Positions 7,458 through 14,305 of a stretch of 20,000 nt of DNA are shown piece by piece. Below the pieces are notes generated by a model. It was not told where the DNA came from. It made no database searches and saw only the letters and a program-made list of their open reading frames with translations. The position numbers and the translations under genes were made by a program. The stretch lies in the IMG/VR virus record IMGVR_UViG_3300045253_000007; one strand, given 5' to 3'. Every line of letters starts with the position of its first letter. Position 1 is the stretch's first letter. The stretch is from an uncultured virus (IMG/VR IMGVR_UViG_3300045253_000007) (taxonomy: Duplodnaviria; Heunggongvirae; Uroviricota; Caudoviricetes).

Positions 7458-8245
7458 GAAAACTCACATCGATGCCTGCAAGCAAACGTGGTTTTGATAA
7501 CTAAATACATAGGGGCATGGCCCTGATAAGCAATCGCAAGATTGCGAAAGGTGGAGTGACACCCGCCGCCAGCAATGGTCAATTCATGCAATGCAAATCG
7601 TTAAGTAATATCCTATCAGATGTTGCAGTAACGTAAGCCACCCAGTCGATGTCCTATGGATGAGACTACCTGACAAGGTAAGAGGATAAACGGTGAGCGT
7701 TATGTTCGATACGCAGGGATATACGAATCCGAGGTTTGCAGCCAAGGGTGACTATCCATGAAACGTATGAAGTGGGCCGGTAGGCTCATGGGAGCGTAGA
7801 GATTGTAAGTAGCCGCAAGCGAAAGCATATTGAAGGAGTGAAGCATTCTTATTCTCAAAAGGAATCGGAACTTCGTGTTAAAGCACTTCTTCGTCAAGTC
7901 CCTTCGGGGCAGGGATTATATGCCCCGACATACAATGATAATGTATATCACAATATAAAGCAAAAGACTTTAACCCTGTGAGATGCGAAAGCGTCTTAAT
8001 GCCAGACCGAAAGGAATCTGGTGCAGAGGAAGGCCGCAAGCCCAATCTGTTTGGTATCAAAGTAGGAACCTTTAGCGGCTTAGCGGCTGCTCTTGTTTTC
8101 AAAATGAGCCGAGTAGCCTCACAGGTAAAGAGCGGTTGGCTTAACCAACTAGGCGCAGAGGCTACCGTAGCGATACGGTGGAAAAGCAACTAAACCATAC
8201 GGTTGCAAGAGGTCTCTATGTTAGGGTGAATTCTAAGCCCTCACA
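7458..8245 (+). ncRNA. GOLLD-like large ncRNA
   Basis: ~790 nt between tRNAs with no credible ORF; many GNRA/UUCG hairpins (7530-7545, 7980-7997, 8163-8180); long-range CCTGTGAG/CTCACAGG pairing; motif order TATTGAAG...CTCAAAAGG...AGCAAAAG...GAGTAG...GTGGA resembles GOLLD as I recall it. Confidence 0.7.
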
Positions 8246-8261
8246 CACCCTTCGGGGTCTT

Positions 8262-8331
8262 GGCGGTAGGGCACTGGTGTGCCGATATCTCTCATAAGGA
8301 TATGGGGTTGATTCGAATTCAACTACCGCTA
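8262..8331 (+). tRNA. tRNA-Met/Ile2(CAT)
   Basis: GGCGGTA/TACCGCT; TATCT-CTCATAA-GGATA; GTTGA-TTCGAAT-TCAAC; short D loop. Confidence 0.75.
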
Positions 8332-8333
8332 CT

Positions 8334-8408
8334 AGCGATAATGGAGAAAAGGTGTCTCGCAAGGCTCATAACCTTGAAATCGTCCGTTCGATTCGGAAGT
8401 CGCTCCCA
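8334..8408 (+). tRNA. tRNA-Met(CAT), initiator-like
   Basis: CAAGG-CTCATAA-CCTTG; AGCGAT/GTCGCT acceptor; TCCG-TTCGATT-CGGA; ends CCA. Confidence 0.75.
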
Positions 8409-8445
8409 GTTTGGTCGTTAGAAATTAATGTGATATACTAGATGT

Positions 8446-8790
8446 ATGGACACTAATGACATTGCATCCCTACAGGATATCGCCGCAGCGTATGAGGCGA
8501 TTGTATTGGCTGCTAAGACGATTATCAGTAACACCGCAGACAATGGTGTCGCTGATGCAGCAAATTGTGTCATCACAAGTGCTTCATCTGCGTTAGAGGA
8601 ACTATCAGAATATGTTAGTGACGATGACGAGGTTGACTTCGAAGGCAACGATGACGATGTTAATAACATTGCCACCAATGATTCAGGTGACCCGACAGAT
8701 GCATTTGCAGATGATGACGATAGAGAAACCAGTGCGGTATCCAAGGTTTGGACAGGTTCCAACCTAACACCGATGGGTTACACAAACTAA
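8446..8790 (+). CDS. Hypothetical highly acidic protein
   Basis: 114-aa D/E-rich ORF; ATG just after a TG-n-TATACT -10 (leaderless). Confidence 0.75.
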   Translation: MDTNDIASLQDIAAAYEAIVLAAKTIISNTADNGVADAANCVITSASSALEELSEYVSDDDEVDFEGNDDDVNNIATNDSGDPTDAFADDDDRETSAVSKVWTGSNLTPMGYTN

Positions 8791-8829
8791 ATAACCAGAT
8801 TGAACCACTGGTATAAAAGGGGTTCACGC

Positions 8830-8900
8830 CGCGCAGTGTACGGGGTATCCAACTGTCTGTAAAACAGAAGGCGAGGGTTCGATTCCCTCCTGCGCAACCA
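8830..8900 (+). tRNA. Atypical tRNA-Tyr(GTA)
   Basis: CGCGCAG/CTGCGCA-A-CCA (C1xA72 mismatch); CTGT-CTGTAAA-ACAG; GAGGG-TTCGATT-CCCTC; short variable loop, weak D arm. Confidence 0.75.
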
Positions 8901-8982
8901 TTAGGTAACTAGAAATCAACACCACCGAAATGTGAAATATGTAAGCGTGTTGTAGGTCAGGCCGGTACAGCCTGACTAACTT

Positions 8983-9054
8983 GGGGGATTAACTCAGCGG
9001 TAGAGTGCTGCTTTTGCAAGGCAGAAGTCATTGGTTCGAATCCTATATCCTCCA
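8983..9054 (+). tRNA. tRNA-Ala(TGC)
   Basis: GGGGGAT/ATCCTCC with G3:U70; CTGCT-TTTGCAA-GGCAG. Confidence 0.92.
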
Positions 9055-9056
9055 CG

Positions 9057-9129
9057 TTTAGGATAGTGTAAAGTAACACGCCAGCCTTTAACGCTGGTAA
9101 TGCGGATTAACGACCCGATTCTAACACCA
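9057..9129 (+). tRNA. tRNA-like gene with TTA anticodon (ochre-suppressor-like)
   Basis: D arm GTGT-AAAGTA-ACAC; perfect CCAGC-CTTTAAC-GCTGG anticodon arm; acceptor TTAGGA/TTCTAA; encoded ACCA; degenerate T arm. Confidence 0.6.
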
Positions 9130-9130
9130 T

Positions 9131-9202
9131 GGTCGTGTGGCCGAGTGGCTTAGGCACCTGTCTGCAAAACAGTTTACGTGAGTTCGAATCTCACCCTGAC
9201 CT
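9131..9202 (+). tRNA. tRNA-Cys(GCA)
   Basis: TGGCCGAGTGG D arm; CTGT-CTGCAAA-ACAG; GTGAG-TTCGAAT-CTCAC; U73. Confidence 0.88.
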
Positions 9203-9207
9203 CAAAA

Positions 9208-9238
9208 GAGCCGGTAGTCATTACGTGACTACCGGCTC
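9208..9238 (+). terminator. Inverted repeat, terminator-like, overlapping the next promoter
   Basis: GAGCCGGTAGTCA-TTACG-TGACTACCGGCTC perfect 13-bp stem; GTGACT-N17-TACAAT overlaps it. Confidence 0.6.
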
Positions 9239-9259
9239 GTTGTGTGTTACAATAGGTAC

Positions 9260-9664
9260 ATGAAGATAAAATTTGGATTCATAACGACAGCCTTCCTTAT
9301 AGCGAATGCTGCGTATGGTTTGGGGTTTGCTTTATTCAGCGGCGTAAATGCTTCTGGCGTAAGCAAGTCAAGTCTCTACAAATCTCTACATGAGACTTCT
9401 CAATCGCTACCGGCGCTCTGGGGTATTATTACCACCGTGGCGGTAGTTCTAGCCGTTGTGTACTCCAAATTTAACTACAAGGCCGTAGGAAGCCTCTCAG
9501 CAGCACTTGGGCTGGGAACGTGGCTGTTCGCCAGCCTTGTATATCTACAGACAGGCTTCGCCTTGACATTCATCACGGTTGGTCTGCTATACTTGTCGTT
9601 CTGGGTCTGGTTCTACTTCACGTATATCTCAAACCTAGATGTTAACAACAAACTGCGCCCATAG
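9260..9664 (+). CDS. Membrane protein (about 4 TM helices)
   Basis: Four hydrophobic segments; ATG 9260 sits 6 nt after TACAAT (leaderless start preferred over 9242). Confidence 0.8.
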   Translation: MKIKFGFITTAFLIANAAYGLGFALFSGVNASGVSKSSLYKSLHETSQSLPALWGIITTVAVVLAVVYSKFNYKAVGSLSAALGLGTWLFASLVYLQTGFALTFITVGLLYLSFWVWFYFTYISNLDVNNKLRP

Positions 9665-9726
9665 TTCAGCGGTAGAACGCTTGGTTCCGAACTAAGTGGG
9701 CGAGGGTTCGAATCCCTCTGGGCGCG
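9655..9726 (+). tRNA. tRNA-Arg(CCG)
   Basis: GCGCCCA/TGGGCGC; CTTGG-TTCCGAA-CTAAG; overlaps the last codons of the upstream CDS. Confidence 0.92.
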
Positions 9727-9730
9727 CAAA

Positions 9731-9867
9731 CGGTTAAGGACCGCATCCATGCCAAACCTCGTTGGCGACATAAACGAGGCAGTAGCCAAAAGCGGGTAAC
9801 AAAAGGTAATGCGTGTCGCGCTGACCTGAGTAGTGAAATCCGATTGGGAACCGGATAGCCTTAAACG
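9731..9867 (+). ncRNA. Pseudoknotted structured spacer RNA (unassigned)
   Basis: TTAAGG/CCTTAA closing stem; CCTCGTT/AACGAGG hairpin whose loop GCGACAT complements GTGTCGC (9813-9819); ATCCG/CGGAT hairpin. Confidence 0.5.
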
Positions 9868-9871
9868 TCAA

Positions 9872-9944
9872 GTCTCTGTAACTCAGTGGATAGAGTTTCT
9901 GTTTCCTAAACAGAGGGCCGCTGGTTCGAATCCAGTCAGGGACA
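9872..9944 (+). tRNA. tRNA-Arg(CCT)
   Basis: GTCTCTG/CAGGGAC; TCTGT-TTCCTAA-ACAGA. Confidence 0.92.
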
Positions 9945-9968
9945 CTCCTACTAGCCGAGAGGCGTGTA

Positions 9969-10961
9969 ATGACAGCAGTATATACTGAAACAATTGAGAA
10001 CCGCGCGGTAGTGGCGGCAGAACTACCCGGACTCAATGTGGCAGACCAAAAGACTACTATTTTCCAAAATGATAACAAGGTCGCGGTAGCAACTTCGGTA
10101 CTTCTTACTGGTGTTCCTTGGGACAAGAGCGATGGTGACTGGAAGCCAATCCCCGGTAAGCGCTATTATCGTTGGCGTACAGTTGGCTCTTACGGGTTCA
10201 TCAGGACAAAGACTGGTTTGGCTATGCCTTATCATTCTACTCGTGGTCCAAAGGCTAGAGACCATTGGCATAACCGCTTTCCACATATAGCGGCTGACAC
10301 CTTATCGGTACCGGGTCAGTTGGAAGATGCATACCGTCACGCAATGTGGGAAACATTCGGAGCACGTCGCGTGCAAGACCTGTATCCTATGATGGACACC
10401 TACCAACTTATCAACTATCCATCTATTCCTATTAACCTTCGTAGAGGTTTCAGAGAAAGTAGCCCGGAGATTTACGCCGGTATGGTGTTTGGCAAGAACC
10501 GTAATACTCCGCGTCTACAATCGGCGGTAGTGAATACAGATGCGTATGTAATCTCCCTTGCTCATCAGTTCAGAGGATTGGTCTCGGATGAAGCGCTTCT
10601 TTCCTTCATTGAGAACACCCATTTCGACAAAGAGATGGAAGAAACCTTTGAGGTACATAATCCTCTTGTCCGTAGGATGATTAAGTTTTTGAAGCAAGAG
10701 GACCGTGAAGATATTTTGTCTAGGGGACTAGACGCAGCAGATTTGAAGCGCATCATGCTACTTTCAAGATATGCTAGTATGCCTCAGAACAAGCACCACA
10801 TGACAGGTAGGTTTAGTGGTATTGGTGAGATGAAGTCTTGGTCTGAAATCTATATTTTCATGTATGGTTCAGATGTGGTCACGGAACGTTCTGCAATCAA
10901 TAGGGTTATCAACTCTGATTGGGATGACGACGAAGACCTTGACGATGAAGACGAAGAGTGA
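9969..10961 (+). CDS. Hypothetical protein, 330 aa with an acidic tail
   Basis: Long ORF with a GAGG RBS; no motif recognised. Confidence 0.85.
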   Translation: MTAVYTETIENRAVVAAELPGLNVADQKTTIFQNDNKVAVATSVLLTGVPWDKSDGDWKPIPGKRYYRWRTVGSYGFIRTKTGLAMPYHSTRGPKARDHWHNRFPHIAADTLSVPGQLEDAYRHAMWETFGARRVQDLYPMMDTYQLINYPSIPINLRRGFRESSPEIYAGMVFGKNRNTPRLQSAVVNTDAYVISLAHQFRGLVSDEALLSFIENTHFDKEMEETFEVHNPLVRRMIKFLKQEDREDILSRGLDAADLKRIMLLSRYASMPQNKHHMTGRFSGIGEMKSWSEIYIFMYGSDVVTERSAINRVINSDWDDDEDLDDEDEE

Positions 10962-10973
10962 TACACTAGACTA

Positions 10974-11085
10974 GTCAGTCCGAGGGTGGGCGATGATAAG
11001 GCAGATACGGCTTTGGCTGTTGTAGTAAGCGCGTAAATAACGTGGCTGCTAGATTAAGCGGAGAACGGTATCGTGTAGGACTGAC
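10974..11085 (+). ncRNA. Rod-like structured RNA upstream of tmRNA (unassigned)
   Basis: GTCAGTCC/GGACTGAC terminal stem and GATAC/GTATC inner stem; begins just after TTGACG-N17-TACACT (10939-10967). Confidence 0.45.
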
Positions 11086-11091
11086 AACTAA

Positions 11092-11454
11092 GGGGATGCC
11101 ATGGTATCGCCTCGGTGTAGAGAGAAATGAACGCAACCCGTGTTACGAAATGACAGACACGTTAAACAGTTATTTCAACAATAAATGCAAACGACGCAAT
11201 CGTTGCTAAGGCTATGGAAAACTTTGACTCTGAACTAGAGGCATTGCTTTCTGAGGCCGCTCTTATCTCTGCGTAAGTAGAATAAGACTAGGTACCGGCG
11301 ACCTAGCGAACCAAATGCCGGAATAGGAACTATCCTTAAATAGTTGGTGGACCCGGAGCAATCTGGCCTAGCAATACCGGGCGCGGTACGCAATGGTTGT
11401 ATAATGTTATTGATTAAAGCACTGAGTACGTGAGTTCGACTCTCACCATCTCCA
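11092..11454 (+). ncRNA. ssrA: tmRNA
   Basis: GGGGATG/CATCTCC-A acceptor with G3:U70; GTGAG-TTCGACT-CTCAC T arm; ATAAAT|GCA resume context; tag frame 11187-11276 ANDAIVAKAMENFDSELEALLSEAALISA*. Confidence 0.92.
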
Positions 11455-11563
11455 CGATTAGAGCGAAAGTAGTTTGGATTCAAAGTTCAAGGAGATTTTC
11501 AATAACCTACCAGCAGAGCAAAGGCGTGACATTTCAAACCGCTATCGTAAGTAGGAGGCAAGG

Positions 11564-12055
11564 ATGCTAGAGGTTCGTTTCAAAGATGTAATGGATTTAA
11601 CTCCTACAGAATACATGGCCTGCTATAAAGCCAATTATGGCGACGGTGGTTTCATGCAACAGGAACTAGTAGGCTGTCGAGAACCTACCTCTGTGCGTAC
11701 CGGCAAGGTTTACCTCCTTTGGGATGGACCGGAAGACAAACAGAGTTCTTTGCGTGGTTGGTGCCTTATTACTCCTATTAGGAGTTGGGGTGTACTTGCT
11801 GCAAGCAAGTGGAACCGCAAGAGAAGCAAGCACACGGTACAGTTCTGGGTAAAGCGCAACCACCGTAAGAAGGGTTATGGAAAGTTGCTCATGGACCTTG
11901 CCACCATGTACGAGCCGGTACCGCATGTTTTCCCGCACAGTAAGAATTCCAGCAGGCTGTTTAAGGATTATGATGTAACAGCATCGGCCAACGACAGGGC
12001 TTGGGTCCGCTGGGCAAAGGCGGATAAGAAGTGGCAGCAGAGGAACGCTGCATAA
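11564..12055 (+). CDS. GNAT-family acetyltransferase
   Basis: Motif A-like QFWVKRNHRKKGYGKLLM; AGGAGG RBS. Confidence 0.7.
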   Translation: MLEVRFKDVMDLTPTEYMACYKANYGDGGFMQQELVGCREPTSVRTGKVYLLWDGPEDKQSSLRGWCLITPIRSWGVLAASKWNRKRSKHTVQFWVKRNHRKKGYGKLLMDLATMYEPVPHVFPHSKNSSRLFKDYDVTASANDRAWVRWAKADKKWQQRNAA

Positions 12056-12056
12056 C

Positions 12057-12085
12057 TTGACATACCCAGCGCGGTAGTGTATAGT
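12057..12085 (+). promoter_or_regulatory. SigA-type promoter
   Basis: TTGACA-N17-TATAGT with GCGGTAGTG in the spacer. Confidence 0.8.
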
Positions 12086-12138
12086 AATACTGTTGGTCCT
12101 AGTAGAAGTCTAGGGTGAAAGAAGAAACCACCAACCAT

Positions 12139-12225
12139 TCTGGTAAGGCGACTGTTGGCTAGTCGCGGTTGGCTGTTAACCAACTCGGTTTGATTCCGTC
12201 TCAGGTTCGATTCCTGATTCCAGAG
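12139..12225 (+). tRNA. Atypical tRNA-Asn(GTT) with long variable arm and 6-bp D stem
   Basis: GCGACT/AGTCGC D stem; GTTGG-CTGTTAA-CCAAC; CGG-TTTGATT-CCG variable arm; TCAGG-TTCGATT-CCTGA. Confidence 0.8.
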
Positions 12226-12326
12226 CAAAGGCAGGGAACGCTACCGAATCTATTCCGTGGTGAGACTAGGGATGGAAAAGATATAAGATTGTTGTCTCAT
12301 CCAAATCTTATATCACGTATCCACAT

Positions 12327-12398
12327 TGGAGTGTAACTCAGCGGCAGAGTGGTCGGCTGTTAACCGACTTGTCGAAGGTTCGAATCCTTCCATTCCAG
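12327..12398 (+). tRNA. tRNA-Asn(GTT)
   Basis: TGGAGTG/CATTCCA-G; GTCGG-CTGTTAA-CCGAC. Confidence 0.93.
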
Positions 12399-12422
12399 CG
12401 TAAAATACAGATAAGGAACAAC

Positions 12423-12695
12423 ATGAGTTGGTCAGCAAGTTTTGACGTTGTTAATAATGACGTTGTTGAAGGTAGCGGTAGTGAATCAAACGTAGAGGTC
12501 GATTATCACAGTGACCAATACACGCAGGCAATAGTTGCTGCATTTGATTTGATTAACTCTGGTGTCTTCGGTGACCCAGACAACAATTCATTCAGGGTTA
12601 CTTTCAGTGGTCATGGCAATCCGGGACACGTTCCGCTTGCAGGTTGGTCAAATGATAGCATCTCTATCAGTATTTATCAGTTAAATAAAGTTTAG
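12423..12695 (+). CDS. Hypothetical protein, 90 aa
   Basis: ATG 12423 after AAGGA; the longer ORF-track start lies inside tRNA-Asn. Confidence 0.75.
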   Translation: MSWSASFDVVNNDVVEGSGSESNVEVDYHSDQYTQAIVAAFDLINSGVFGDPDNNSFRVTFSGHGNPGHVPLAGWSNDSISISIYQLNKV

Positions 12696-12910
12696 TTCGG
12701 AACCACGCGGGTAGAAATATCTGAGGAAAGTCCGGGCGGCAGGTAACAATCCATGTGGTAAAGACTAACTACCTCCCACTAAGCATAGCCTAAGAAGTAA
12801 TGTGAGGATGACGCAAGCGCAAACAGTTCTAGGGGTTACCACCTGTGATGAACGGGTAGCGTGCATAGTTAGATGTGGTTCTAAAACAGAACCCGGCTTA
12901 CGGAACTAAA
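12691..12910 (+). ncRNA. rnpB: Minimal RNase P RNA (bacterial type A-like catalytic domain)
   Basis: CR-I GAGGAAAGTCCGGGC (12723-12737); CR-V AACAGAACCCGGCTTA (12885-12900); CR-IV AGTTAGAT; P1 TTTAGTTC/GAACTAAA; P2 GGAACCAC/GTGGTTCT; P6 GGTAAC/GTTACC; L15 GGTA. Confidence 0.9.
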
Positions 12911-12928
12911 TATAACTTAATAAGCAGT

Positions 12929-13000
12929 GTTGGATTGGTGAACGCGGTATCACAGAGGCGTCGTATCCCTCAGTAAAGAGTTCAAGTCTCTTATCCAGCC
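12929..13000 (+). tRNA. tRNA-Thr(CGT)
   Basis: GTTGGAT/ATCCAGC; GAGGC-GTCGTAT-CCCTC (one mismatch); AAGAG-TTCAAGT-CTCTT. Confidence 0.7.
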
Positions 13001-13002
13001 CC

Positions 13003-13073
13003 GCCTCTTTCGCTTAATGGTAAAGCATCACTCTTGTAAAGTGAATCTATCAGTTCGATTCTGATAAGAGGCT
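13003..13073 (+). tRNA. tRNA-Thr(TGT)
   Basis: GCCTCTT/AAGAGGC; TCACT-CTTGTAA-AGTGA. Confidence 0.9.
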
Positions 13074-13078
13074 CGCAG

Positions 13079-13153
13079 GTCTCAGTAGTTCAGTGGTAGA
13101 ATACTTTCTTGGTACGAAAGTGGTCGAGGGTCCGATTCCCTCCTGAGGCCCCA
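13079..13153 (+). tRNA. tRNA-Thr(GGT)
   Basis: GTCTCAG/CTGAGGC-C-CCA; CTTTC-TTGGTAC-GAAAG. Confidence 0.88.
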
Positions 13154-13154
13154 T

Positions 13155-13228
13155 TTCTGGTTTTCTCTGTTGGCAGGGCGGCTTGGCTTTGAACCAAGTT
13201 TTCGTAGGTTCGATTCCTACACCAGAAG
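13155..13228 (+). tRNA. tRNA-Gln(TTG)
   Basis: TTCTGGT/ACCAGAA-G (U1:A72); CTTGG-CTTTGAA-CCAAG; GTAGG-TTCGATT-CCTAC. Confidence 0.85.
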
Positions 13229-13253
13229 CGAAGGACCAAAAGTCCTAACAGAT

Positions 13254-13285
13254 AGTAAAGCCTCGTAAGAGGCTTTACTGCTTTT
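13254..13285 (+). terminator. Rho-independent terminator
   Basis: AGTAAAGCCTC-GTAA-GAGGCTTTACT followed by GCTTTT. Confidence 0.7.
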
Positions 13286-13320
13286 AACACTTGCGATACG
13301 CAGGAGAATGGAAGGGCGTT

Positions 13321-13572
13321 ATGCCACACGAAAAGATTAAGCATGAACAACTGTTTGTTGAATCAAACAATCAATTAGTAGTTGGTTGGCATGGAGACGG
13401 ACAGGTTGTTGGATGGGTTCAGGTTTCGGTAGTTCCACCGGGATGGACCTCCACAGGAGATTGGTCAATTGTCGATATGACCGCTAAGGACATCGACAAG
13501 TTGATAAAGGTATTAAAGAAGGCTCGTAACAAAGCGTACCCGCGACAGCGCGGAGCGTTTGACAAGGAATAG
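13321..13572 (+). CDS. Hypothetical protein
   Basis: ATG after GGAAGG; C-terminal [11 protein letters not shown] helix similar to that of 14002-14271. Confidence 0.75.
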   Translation: MPHEKIKHEQLFVESNNQLVVGWHGDGQVVGWVQVSVVPPGWTSTGDWSIVDMTAKDIDKLIKVLKKARNKAYPRQRGAFDKE

Positions 13573-13573
13573 A

Positions 13574-13972
13574 ATGCAGTATTTTGACCCGATTCAGTGG
13601 CCCACCGAGGGTGACCTAGACACGCGCAGATGCGTTTTCGTTTATGAAGTGGCAAGGTTGCAGGCCGCAGCAGTAAATGCTCCAATTATACCGGAGCCGT
13701 GGGACACACGCGACGAAGCGTTTAAGACCCAGATGATTGAGGTTGTCAAGAGGTATTGCGAAATGGAAACCTTGCCGACACCCGAAGAGGCTCACGACTC
13801 TTGGTGGAATAAGTACATTGAGATGGGCTGGGTTTACGGGCCGGTAAGGGACAGAGACCTAAAGACTCACCCTGATATGGTTCCTTTTGATGAACTTGGT
13901 TATGAAGAACAAATCAAGGACGCGGTGTTCTTGGCTTTGGTTGACATCGCTAGGCAGTGGATTTTACAATAA
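13574..13972 (+). CDS. RyR-domain protein
   Basis: EEAHDSW...[24 protein letters not shown]...KD RyR signature; ATG 13574 after AAGGA. Confidence 0.85.
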   Translation: MQYFDPIQWPTEGDLDTRRCVFVYEVARLQAAAVNAPIIPEPWDTRDEAFKTQMIEVVKRYCEMETLPTPEEAHDSWWNKYIEMGWVYGPVRDRDLKTHPDMVPFDELGYEEQIKDAVFLALVDIARQWILQ

Positions 13973-14001
13973 GACTTGCGTGATGCAAGAGGAAAGAGGG
14001 C

Positions 14002-14271
14002 GTGATGCCTAAGGAAACGATAGGACGACAGCAGTTGTCCAGTAATGCATCCCCAGAGTCCAGAGTGATTCTAAAGTGGGGTAGAGAATCAAACGATGCT
14101 CAGTTGGGTATCGAGTTTGATGAATATTTTGTGTTTAACAAAGACTCACATAAGAAAGACCAGCCCACGTTTAACTCTCTCTGGTTCAATTTTGAGACCA
14201 GAGAGGACTACAACAGGCTTATTCGTGCGCTTCGTAAAGCCAGAGATGACGTAGACGGCAAGGACGCCTAG
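14002..14271 (+). CDS. Hypothetical protein
   Basis: 89-aa ORF with a GAGG RBS; NRLIRALRKARDD C-terminus. Confidence 0.75.
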   Translation: MMPKETIGRQQLSSNASPESRVILKWGRESNDAQLGIEFDEYFVFNKDSHKKDQPTFNSLWFNFETREDYNRLIRALRKARDDVDGKDA

Positions 14272-14305
14272 TACGTTTGGAATAGTCATATGCTATAATT
14301 AGCAT

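Noticed and set aside
7367..8193. ORFs 7367-7591(-), 7700-7897(-), 7878-8189(-) and 7978-8193(+)
   Set aside because: No RBS or protein-like features; they overlap a tRNA and the hairpin-rich GOLLD-like RNA.
7458..8245. Group I or group II intron interpretation of the long non-coding stretch
   Set aside because: Flanking tRNAs are complete, no gene is interrupted, and I found no P7 core or domain V motif.
9751..9780. HDV-like (theta) ribozyme suggested by GCCA-AACCTCGT-TGGC after tRNA-Arg
   Set aside because: No P1 3' strand or GG for P1.1 follows; the CCTCGTT pairs better with AACGAGG.
11235..11483. Minus-strand 82-aa ORF
   Set aside because: Antisense shadow of the tmRNA.
11474..11554. 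26-aa TTG-start ORF after tmRNA (MDSKFKEIFNNLP...)
   Set aside because: Too short and no clear RBS; cannot be supported from sequence alone.
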